Below, piece after piece: positions 17,579-25,396 of a stretch of DNA of 64,000 nt. This DNA is from an uncultured Muribaculaceae bacterium (GTDB taxonomy: Bacteria > Bacillota_I > Bacilli_A > RF39 > UBA660): the NCBI GenBank assembly GCA_964650315.1, contig CAZYQE010000005.1, positions 23,076 through 87,075 of the forward strand, read 5' to 3'. The notes below the pieces were generated by a model. It was not told the origin of the DNA, did not search any database, and was given only the letters and a program-made list of their open reading frames with translations. Each line of letters opens with the position of its first letter. Positions within the stretch are counted from its first letter, which is position 1. The translations under genes were made by a program, and so were the position numbers.

Positions 17579-18046
17579 CTAATCTTCCTTTATTAATTTA
17601 GTATTTCCTGTTAATCTAAAAACCTTCATATTAGTAATTATATTGTTTACTATCGGAATACTTATATCAATAGCTGTCTCAACTTTATAATATACTTTCC
17701 TATAATCAGAACTAGTACCTACAGTACTGCCTGGAGTACCAGTACATCTTGCGACAAAATAACCATCCTTCTTAAATTTATCTTTATTAATAGGTGTACA
17801 ACCATCTGCATCACCATCAAATTGTGCAGGACTATAACCTATTTGTTGAATATAAGCATGAATTTTGTCATAGCACTCCTGATTAGTATCACATTTACCC
17901 TCATATTGTTCTATTGTGGTAATTATTTTATTTTTAACACGGAACGCCTTTGTATAACTAACATTAAACGCTAAATAACCACTAACAATAACTAGAAACA
18001 CGACAATCATAGAAATATTAATTATTCCACCAAAAGCATCACGCAT
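17579..18046 (-). CDS. N-terminally anchored pseudopilin-like protein (TadE/TadF position)
   Basis: 155 aa with a hydrophobic N-terminus GGIINISMIVVFLVIVSGYLAF and 5 Cys. It lies directly downstream of the Flp-like gene. No canonical TadE motif is present. Confidence 0.35.
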   Translation of the reverse strand: MRDAFGGIINISMIVVFLVIVSGYLAFNVSYTKAFRVKNKIITTIEQYEGKCDTNQECYDKIHAYIQQIGYSPAQFDGDADGCTPINKDKFKKDGYFVARCTGTPGSTVGTSSDYRKVYYKVETAIDISIPIVNNIITNMKVFRLTGNTKLIKED

Positions 18047-18060
18047 TTAAAACACTCCTT

Positions 18061-18282
18061 TTACATATTTACTTCATAAACATGATCTTCTGAGATAACA
18101 AAACCAATACACTTTCCGCTTGCATCTCTCTTAGTACAATTAATATCATCCCATTGAGTATTTATAGCAGTTTGGATACTTGGCCACATTATCCAAAAGA
18201 AAGTTATTACTGCTGCTATTGCTATTAAAGTAATAACTGTCAAATTTAATTCACCTGTTGCTGCTTTCATCAATAAACACAT
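18061..18282 (-). CDS. Flp-like small pilin candidate
   Basis: 69-73 aa (alternative start at 18270). It has a short leader ...MKAATG, then the hydrophobic ELNLTVITLIAIAAVITFFWIMW, and a C-terminal Cys-X8-Cys. It lies next to the TadB/TadC genes behind its own promoter. Confidence 0.5.
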   Translation of the reverse strand: MCLLMKAATGELNLTVITLIAIAAVITFFWIMWPSIQTAINTQWDDINCTKRDASGKCIGFVISEDHVYEVNM

Positions 18283-18325
18283 CCTTTCAAAATTAACCTA
18301 TATAGCCTACTCTATATACATTACT

Positions 18326-18354
18326 ATTATACCAATAATAGTTTTTTTTAACAA
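18326..18354 (-). promoter_or_regulatory. candidate strong promoter in front of the pilin gene
   Basis: Minus strand: TTGTTA (18354-18349), 17-nt spacer, extended -10 TGgTATAAT (-10 at 18331-18326). It sits in the 99-nt gap between the TadC-like and Flp-like genes. Confidence 0.45.
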
Positions 18355-18381
18355 TATTTTTTTGAATAATACTTTCTATCT

Positions 18382-19164
18382 TTACACACTAAACATCATA
18401 AACATAGAAATTAAAATAACTAACATAACTCCTACTCCAGTCACTACTAACATTATCATAGTTTGACCTTCCATATGGTTTAATCTTTCTTTATACTTAG
18501 TTTCTCTCGCTTTATTTTGCAGATTAGAGACTGTTCTAGAAAACATCATAAGTCTCTCGTGTTTTTTTTCTTGAGATCCTAAACCTAAACGATATAACAA
18601 TCTCATCATTCTCATAGAATCTCTAACTGGATAAGTATTAGCAAATTCCATATATGGATCAATACTAGAATCACCAGAATTAATTCTTTCCACTAATTTT
18701 CTTAATCCAGGCTTAAATATCTCTGGCGCATCATTTATAGATTTACCTAAAGCTACTGGAACCGTATAATGCTGGATTAAAACTTCTAAGCTCTTTAGAT
18801 AATATGGAAGCATAACATCAATATCATGCAAATGAGCCTTATATGCTCTTTTCAATTGTGTATATGGCATCTTAAATACCAATACAGCAAGTACTCCAGC
18901 TAATACTACATTTATAGCAGAAAGCTGTGATAAGAAAACGAATAAAAATGCTATACCAGCTATAAAAGCATATAATACTCTACTTCTAAACAATTTATCT
19001 GGATCAACATCTTCACCATATTTAGCATAAACTAAAAATGTATAATCATCTTCTCTTATAAGTTCAAAATATTTTTCATTATCAGCAATAAACTTATTTT
19101 TATCAATAGTATTATTATATACTAGAACAAAAACAATAATTGCACTTGCTACAAATACCGCCAT
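18382..19164 (-). CDS. TadC-like pilus platform protein (T2SS-F domain family)
   Basis: 260 aa with TM helices flanking a cytoplasmic helical domain (YYLKSLEVLIQHYTVPVALGKSI...SSIDPYMEFANTYP). Its start overlaps the TadB-like stop (TAATG). Confidence 0.65.
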   Translation of the reverse strand: MAVFVASAIIVFVLVYNNTIDKNKFIADNEKYFELIREDDYTFLVYAKYGEDVDPDKLFRSRVLYAFIAGIAFLFVFLSQLSAINVVLAGVLAVLVFKMPYTQLKRAYKAHLHDIDVMLPYYLKSLEVLIQHYTVPVALGKSINDAPEIFKPGLRKLVERINSGDSSIDPYMEFANTYPVRDSMRMMRLLYRLGLGSQEKKHERLMMFSRTVSNLQNKARETKYKERLNHMEGQTMIMLVVTGVGVMLVILISMFMMFSV

Positions 19165-20066
19165 TATTCAGCACCTACATTCTCATTATAATATTTTTCT
19201 CCCTTAAGCAAGAAATATGAATTAATAATTAATACACCATGTAATAAAACATTTATATACCATCTATTAAGTAAGATTAAATAAGTCTCTCTTCCTAATA
19301 AATATTGAACTAACATAACCATTAAATAAAGCATTATACCAAATTGTAAAAATTGCTTATGGAATGTTGCTCTTTCAATTCTATCTCTATAAACACTCTC
19401 AACTAACATATCAATATCAAGTTGCATATTTTCTAAAGACTCAGCTGAATCTTTAGCACCTTCTTTTGTAATTTGTAAGAATAGTTGATGCATGTTCTTA
19501 ACAATATAATATGGATATTTCTCACTCATATATACAAGTGATTCATCTATACTACCATTTTTATATGCTAAATCTATCATATGTTCAACATCACTTTTTA
19601 CTGGATCTTCAAGTATTCCAGAATTTTTAACACCCTCTAAAGATTTTACAAAAGATTGAGTAGTTGCAAACTCCATAATAGTGTTTGATGTATATACCTG
19701 TATTTGTTCAAATAAGAATTCACTATATACTCTTTTACATCTTAAATAAGATAAATATGGAATAAATGATACTACAATAGCCATATATACAATACAAATT
19801 ATTAAATTATAAAAATATAAATATGTAACAACTCCTGTAAATCCAGCCATAACAATAGCTTGAATTAAATATTGTCTAGGAGTATATTCTTGTCCCAATT
19901 GCTTAGTTTTTTCTCTAACCAATTTAAATGAATATGGCGCAAATTTATTATAAGCACCTTGTACTTGAGTTGTAATAAATTTTCCAACATTTTCACCTTG
20001 ATAATTTCTATATAATACAAGGAAAGTAAATATTGCTATTAAAAATACCAATTCCAATACGTACAT
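19164..20066 (-). CDS. TadB-like pilus platform protein (T2SS-F domain family)
   Basis: 300 aa with the same architecture as its neighbour (...FVKSLEGVKNSGILEDPVKSDVEHMIDLAYKNGSIDESL...). It lies immediately downstream of the CpaF-like ATPase. Confidence 0.65.
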   Translation of the reverse strand: MYVLELVFLIAIFTFLVLYRNYQGENVGKFITTQVQGAYNKFAPYSFKLVREKTKQLGQEYTPRQYLIQAIVMAGFTGVVTYLYFYNLIICIVYMAIVVSFIPYLSYLRCKRVYSEFLFEQIQVYTSNTIMEFATTQSFVKSLEGVKNSGILEDPVKSDVEHMIDLAYKNGSIDESLVYMSEKYPYYIVKNMHQLFLQITKEGAKDSAESLENMQLDIDMLVESVYRDRIERATFHKQFLQFGIMLYLMVMLVQYLLGRETYLILLNRWYINVLLHGVLIINSYFLLKGEKYYNENVGAE

Positions 20067-20080
20067 ATGAATTCTCCTTT

Positions 20081-21367
20081 CTAAGCAGTTGCTTTAGTTA
20101 CAGGTTTTACTGCAGGTTTTGCAGGTGCAGCCTGTTTAGCAGGCTGTGCTGTAGCAGGTTTTGCTACTGGCGCTTTAGTTGGTGCAGTAGATACTGTAGG
20201 CTTTGCTGCAGCAGGTTGCACCACTTTAGGTTTAGCACCACCACTACTTTGTGGTTGTTGAACTTGTTTGTTTTGAACACTAGGTGCACTAACATCTCCA
20301 AATGGCTTATCATTAATATGTGAAGTGACTTCACTAATATTAATATTTTGATTTTCTAAATACTCAATTAAATGTGCACTTGGTTTGTTTAAAACAGGTT
20401 CACCATCAAATTGTTTTTGATAAATTATATGACTTTGTGGTTTATTATCTTCATCTACATAAAATTCAACAACTTCATCAACTTCACGATGGAAACAACC
20501 CTTTTCTTTACTATAATAAGCCTTTATATGAACTCCTAATTGGATATATCTATATATAGTAGTTAAAAATTGATTTACATCTAAATCTGTCTCCATTAAA
20601 CTGTAAAGACGATATGGTATAGCAGATGCTTTATCCGCATGAATTGTTGATAAAATATTATGACCTGATGATATAGAGTTACGTACAGCAGAAACAGCTT
20701 CTGCACTACGAACCTCTGATAATAAAATCCACTTTGGATTCTGTCTCATACAAGTAACTAAAACATCAGTATAACTAGCAACATTATTAGTCTTCATTGC
20801 AACAATATCTCTTTGTGGAAATATTTTATCTAAATGAAGTTCTAATGTATCTTCAATAGTTATAACTTTTTCATTTACTTTTGTATGACTAGCCAAGTAT
20901 TTAACAAACTCAGTTTTACCAGAACCAGTTTCACCACAAACCATGATATTACAATGTCCTTCAACACATTTTATTAAAATATCATGTATATCTTGAGTAA
21001 AATAATCATCTTTTATTAATTTTTCTTTCTCTAATCTTATTTTTGCTGGAGTCTTACGAATTACCATAGCTATTCCATTAGTTGCAATAGATTGATGTAC
21101 AAAGTTAAGACGCAATTCGCTAGATTCAGCATCTAAAAAGGGTTTAGCATTATTGAAAGTTGTCCCCATTACGTTAGAGCATTGAAAAGCAAGTTTTTCA
21201 ATAAAATCTGGGGTAACTCCCTGTATCTCAACCCTTAAAGATCCTTGAGTTAGAGAACGCACCCAAATTTGACCACCATTGTCAAAAGAGATATCTGTGA
21301 TATCATCATTATCCAACAATGCTCTTAAGGGTCCAAAATCTAACTTGTCAAATATATTTTCGTTCAT
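20081..21367 (-). CDS. cpaF: CpaF/TadA (VirB11-superfamily) secretion ATPase with a basic Pro/Ala/Lys-rich C-terminal tail
   Basis: 428 aa with Walker A VCGETGSGKTEF, ITIEDTLEL, Asp-box/Walker B RQNPKWILLSEVR and His box GHNILSTIHA. The last 69 aa are low complexity (AKPKVVQPAAAKPTVSTAPTKAPVAKPATAQPAKQAAPAKPAVKPVTKATA). Confidence 0.9.
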   Translation of the reverse strand: MNENIFDKLDFGPLRALLDNDDITDISFDNGGQIWVRSLTQGSLRVEIQGVTPDFIEKLAFQCSNVMGTTFNNAKPFLDAESSELRLNFVHQSIATNGIAMVIRKTPAKIRLEKEKLIKDDYFTQDIHDILIKCVEGHCNIMVCGETGSGKTEFVKYLASHTKVNEKVITIEDTLELHLDKIFPQRDIVAMKTNNVASYTDVLVTCMRQNPKWILLSEVRSAEAVSAVRNSISSGHNILSTIHADKASAIPYRLYSLMETDLDVNQFLTTIYRYIQLGVHIKAYYSKEKGCFHREVDEVVEFYVDEDNKPQSHIIYQKQFDGEPVLNKPSAHLIEYLENQNINISEVTSHINDKPFGDVSAPSVQNKQVQQPQSSGGAKPKVVQPAAAKPTVSTAPTKAPVAKPATAQPAKQAAPAKPAVKPVTKATA

Positions 21368-21402
21368 CTAACCCATCTCCCTTTTTATTCTTTAATTCTT
21401 TT

Positions 21403-22215
21403 TTATTCTCCAGTCCATACTGTCCACTCATTAATCTTATCTTTTAACTCTGAACTACTAATTTCTAATTGTCCAGGTTCATCTTTAAGACTTTCATTAG
21501 TTGGAACAGGTATTAATGAAGAATCATATGTTCTCAAATAACTAGCTTTCTTAAGTAAGATATAATAATCTTCAGGTAAAGCAAACACAATCATAGCTGG
21601 TGTTTTAGAATCATCTACATTAGAAAATACCGGTTGTCCACTACTATCTTTAACAGCTAGAACCTTAACATTTTCTATAAGTTTACCATACATGATTTTA
21701 TCTGCATCTTTATTACCTTTAGCTATTTGTTCATCTGATAATTTATTTACAGCTTTTAAATAAATATCAATATAATTACCTGGATAAATTGAGTTACCAT
21801 ACGTAGTCTCCGTATCAACAGGCATATTATATAAAACATAACCTTTAGGATAATCTAATATGATATTAGCAGGTAATTGTTCTTTTTCAACAACATTCCT
21901 AGCATAAAATAGACTTCCTTCAGGAATTACTGTATCTGCATTAGAGTATTTATCAATAACATCAGCTTGATTTTTAATAACATCACCTTTTAACATTGAT
22001 GGTGGTATATCCATAGTACCAACCATACTTTCAGTAATTTGTGTACCAGGCGATATAGTTTCCTTAGCATAAGGTACGCTAATTGGATTAATAGCTGCTT
22101 TCACACGAGCATTATATGAAATATATAAAACTACAACAGCCAATACAACTCCTAAAACAGTTACTGTATTTTTATTACCTAATAACTTTTTAATACCAGA
22201 ATTTGCATTTCCCAT
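21403..22215 (-). CDS. cpaB: CpaB/RcpC-like Flp pilus assembly protein (SAF-domain type)
   Basis: 270 aa with an N-terminal TM (VTVLGVVLAVVVLYISY). This is followed by ISVPYAKETISPGTQITESMVG...VIPEGSLFYARNVV, matching the CpaB SAF-domain pattern. Confidence 0.7.
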   Translation of the reverse strand: MGNANSGIKKLLGNKNTVTVLGVVLAVVVLYISYNARVKAAINPISVPYAKETISPGTQITESMVGTMDIPPSMLKGDVIKNQADVIDKYSNADTVIPEGSLFYARNVVEKEQLPANIILDYPKGYVLYNMPVDTETTYGNSIYPGNYIDIYLKAVNKLSDEQIAKGNKDADKIMYGKLIENVKVLAVKDSSGQPVFSNVDDSKTPAMIVFALPEDYYILLKKASYLRTYDSSLIPVPTNESLKDEPGQLEISSSELKDKINEWTVWTGE

Positions 22216-22230
22216 TTTATTCCCCTCTTT

Positions 22231-22671
22231 CTAATTCATTTCTCTTTTTATTTTACCAGCACAATATTGATCATAATGATAATTTTCTTCTAATATTGCG
22301 TCTACAGTAGTATGTATAGGTGTAGACTCACCTTTAACCTTTAGTACAGTATTAGAATCAATTTTAACACTAGCTTTAGGTGGAATTTCACTTATATCGT
22401 AAAATCCAACTGTATATTCACGAGTATTATCTACTGTATCAGCAAATCTACAAAGAAAATTTTCTACAAATTTTTCTCTATCAATTCTAAGCATACATGT
22501 TCTTCTATAGTAAGCAATATCTACTGCATCACTCATAGATGCTTCTGTTGTTTCCTTCAACAGGTAATAATCTAACTCACTACCTGTTGAATAATTAGAA
22601 ATAACATTTATCATTAATAACGCTACTAAACTTAAAAGTATAATACCAACTGTTAACATTGCCTTATTCAT
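22231..22671 (-). CDS. N-terminally anchored small protein (pseudopilin-like topology)
   Basis: 146 aa with the N-terminal hydrophobic segment MLTVGIILLSLVALLMINVI and 3 Cys. It sits between the Cys-rich giant and CpaB. No family was recognised. Confidence 0.35.
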   Translation of the reverse strand: MNKAMLTVGIILLSLVALLMINVISNYSTGSELDYYLLKETTEASMSDAVDIAYYRRTCMLRIDREKFVENFLCRFADTVDNTREYTVGFYDISEIPPKASVKIDSNTVLKVKGESTPIHTTVDAILEENYHYDQYCAGKIKREMN

Positions 22672-22681
22672 AATTTACCTC

Positions 22682-25396
22682 CTATTTAGCATACCTACTA
22701 ATGCTATCTTTAGTACTACTGTTTATATAGTATTTATCAACATATTTTCCGATATCTCTAAGTAATCCTGATCTATATCTATAAATACCATATTTATCAG
22801 CTGTTGTCTCAACTTTTCCCATAAATGTTGCATAATTTCCATTCTTACCACTAGCTGCTGTTGAGAAATTACGTATAGACATTAGATTTGCCTTACTTAA
22901 AGTAAATTCATAATCTAGATTTGATTTATCATAAATAACCTTTTTACTTTGAATTGATTGAATTACAGATTTAATATTAATATCCGCTGTATTAGCAGCT
23001 TCAGTCCAGTTAAATCCTACATTAGTACCTGAATTATTCTCATTAGGGAATAAATTTGCCGTATCAACAATTCTAAACTCAAAGTCGTTTGCACCATCAG
23101 TAGTTGTTGTTTTATTACAATCACCAATACATGTACTTGTACATTTACTAGTCGTTTTATCACATTTATCTACTGTTGTTGTTTTACAACATCCAGTTGA
23201 ATTAGGAACACATTCCTCATTTCTTATAGCATAGAAACAAGATATATCAAAATTCCATTTAAAGTGTCCAAAATCAATAGTTTTAGCATAAATATTATAA
23301 TTTATATCTCCACCAGTATATTGACTTGAATTTCCATAGCATGTATTACCTAACTGATTCCATTGCCACCACTTATCATTAGTAGTTTGAGCATTTAATG
23401 GTAAACAGAATTTATTTGTTTCTTCTTTCCAACCATCATCAGTTTTGCTTGTATAAGAAATATCTCCTGTTTTATTATTAATCCATGTTCCTGGGAATGA
23501 CCACTCAGCTTGATACCAAACATCATTTGGATTTGATGTATAACATGATCTATCACCTTGTTTTGGCAATAATAATGTTGTATCTTTATCAGTGTTTGTT
23601 GCTGTACAAGTTGAAGAACTAGATTCTTCTGGATTCTTAGAACATAAATAATCTTCTTTTTTAGTTGTCATAGGGAAATCTTTTTTCTTCATTTCTCCTT
23701 TAATTGAATAATAAGTACCTATAGTATAAGTAGATGTTGAAGTAGTACAATTTGCTTTAGCTGTACATAAATCAACTTTTTTCTTCCATGCTGCAACCGC
23801 TTTTTTGTAATCACGTTCTGCATGTGTATCATTTAAGTATTCGCTCTTACCATCACATTGTGTCCATTTACATGGCTCTGGACAAGAACTACCTCCACGA
23901 TACTGTGCTCTTATAAATCCTTCTTTTACATAATGATTTACAGTTTTAGATGTCCATTTTGGTTTATAATTAGCTAGTGTATACCATCTTCCTTGAGTAG
24001 TACTAACATTCCATCTTACTTTACTATCATCACCAAGATAATAACATCCTGCTGAATTACCACATAATTCTTTATTTTTATTTACTTTTTTAGTTTTATT
24101 ATTCTTTTTCTTACTATTCTTCTTAGTATTTTTTACTTTAGTTACTTCAGCAGATGTATCTCTCATTGAAAGTGATTCATTAGAAGATTCACCATATACT
24201 TCTTCGTAACATTTATTACTACATTTCTTACTATATTTTCCTCCATCACATTTTTCTACACAATTATCAAATGCTACATTAGGACCAGCTTGATGTCTAT
24301 ATTTAATTGTTCCATTACAAACCGGTGATGGAACACAATAAGCATAGTTTTCTCTTCTAGGAATACTATTTTTATTAGGTTTAACATTACATTTTACATA
24401 ACTAGTAACTTTAACTTGATATTCAAAACAAAGTCCTGCTTTTGAAGCAACCGGTGCTCCATATTCAACTTTTACTCTTTCAATACACTCTTGTTCACAT
24501 ACATTTAAGTTCTTTTCAGTTGACTTACTAGTATATTTTTTATTAGCACCATAATCATGTGTATAAGTAATAGTTGCCCCATCTATTGGTTGTGTTTCAC
24601 TAGTTTCAAAATATTTTTTATTTGCATAAATATAATTATTGTTACTATCTCTTGTTGTTTTAAGTTTAGAATTAGCATCACATATTAATTCTCCAACTTT
24701 TTTAACATCTTTCACATCAAATGGAGTTGGATTATGTGTTCCTAATTCTTCCCATTCAGCATAATAAGTATAATTATAATTATTTGCTTTCTTATCTGCA
24801 TACTCATACATGTCATTAGTCTTATCCTTTGGCATACCCTTGAAAGCATCACCTTGACTAGTAATCTCTTCAATTATCTCTAGAGTACCCTTAGCATCAT
24901 AATACTTATCACAACTTAAAATCTTATCTGTAGCTTTATTATTTTTACCTATACAAACTCTATATTTACCTGATGTTTTAACAACCCTTAAACCAATTCT
25001 AACATTACCATTAGAGTTTGCTTTAATATTTAAATCTTTAGAATGACCATTCTTAATTATATCTCCAATATATTTACCTGATGTTTTACCATTGATAGAA
25101 GAAATTTTAAGTTCATCACCTTTACATCCATCTGCCTTACAAGCAACTTTAACCGTAAATACACCAGATTTTTTCTTAGATATATTAACATTGTAATAAG
25201 AATAAATATCATATTCTTCTTCCTTACAATAGTCTTTTACATCTTTATTATATTTTTTAGATCCTACTGTTTTATTATCAGAATAATTTTTAGTCTTATT
25301 TCCGATTTTACAACTCTTAGCTTCTACATTAACATTTATAAATAGAAAACTAATTAATAAAACAACCCCAAATAATATATTTCTATACTTTTTCAT
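22682..25396 (-). CDS. secreted cysteine-rich giant protein (candidate fiber-tip adhesin)
   Basis: 904 aa with the signal peptide MKKYRNILFGVVLLISFLFINVNVEA. I counted ~37 Cys, including the cluster GCCKTTTVDKCDKTTSKCTSTCIGDCNK, and there is a Lys/Asn linker KNTKKNSKKKNNKTKKVNKNKE. There is no C-terminal sorting signal. Its start overlaps the sortase gene by 14 nt. Confidence 0.6.
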   Translation of the reverse strand: MKKYRNILFGVVLLISFLFINVNVEAKSCKIGNKTKNYSDNKTVGSKKYNKDVKDYCKEEEYDIYSYYNVNISKKKSGVFTVKVACKADGCKGDELKISSINGKTSGKYIGDIIKNGHSKDLNIKANSNGNVRIGLRVVKTSGKYRVCIGKNNKATDKILSCDKYYDAKGTLEIIEEITSQGDAFKGMPKDKTNDMYEYADKKANNYNYTYYAEWEELGTHNPTPFDVKDVKKVGELICDANSKLKTTRDSNNNYIYANKKYFETSETQPIDGATITYTHDYGANKKYTSKSTEKNLNVCEQECIERVKVEYGAPVASKAGLCFEYQVKVTSYVKCNVKPNKNSIPRRENYAYCVPSPVCNGTIKYRHQAGPNVAFDNCVEKCDGGKYSKKCSNKCYEEVYGESSNESLSMRDTSAEVTKVKNTKKNSKKKNNKTKKVNKNKELCGNSAGCYYLGDDSKVRWNVSTTQGRWYTLANYKPKWTSKTVNHYVKEGFIRAQYRGGSSCPEPCKWTQCDGKSEYLNDTHAERDYKKAVAAWKKKVDLCTAKANCTTSTSTYTIGTYYSIKGEMKKKDFPMTTKKEDYLCSKNPEESSSSTCTATNTDKDTTLLLPKQGDRSCYTSNPNDVWYQAEWSFPGTWINNKTGDISYTSKTDDGWKEETNKFCLPLNAQTTNDKWWQWNQLGNTCYGNSSQYTGGDINYNIYAKTIDFGHFKWNFDISCFYAIRNEECVPNSTGCCKTTTVDKCDKTTSKCTSTCIGDCNKTTTTDGANDFEFRIVDTANLFPNENNSGTNVGFNWTEAANTADINIKSVIQSIQSKKVIYDKSNLDYEFTLSKANLMSIRNFSTAASGKNGNYATFMGKVETTADKYGIYRYRSGLLRDIGKYVDKYYINSSTKDSISRYAK

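Noticed and set aside
20033-20323. Antisense ORF with a striking Cys/Arg/Ser/Phe repeat (CRFCRCSLFSRLCCSRFCYWRFSWCSRYCRLCCSRLHHFRF), which could be mistaken for a Cys-rich peptide gene.
   Set aside because: It is the reverse-complement reading of the GC-richer repeat that encodes the Pro/Ala/Lys tail of the CpaF-like ATPase. The repeat periodicity is explained by that tail.
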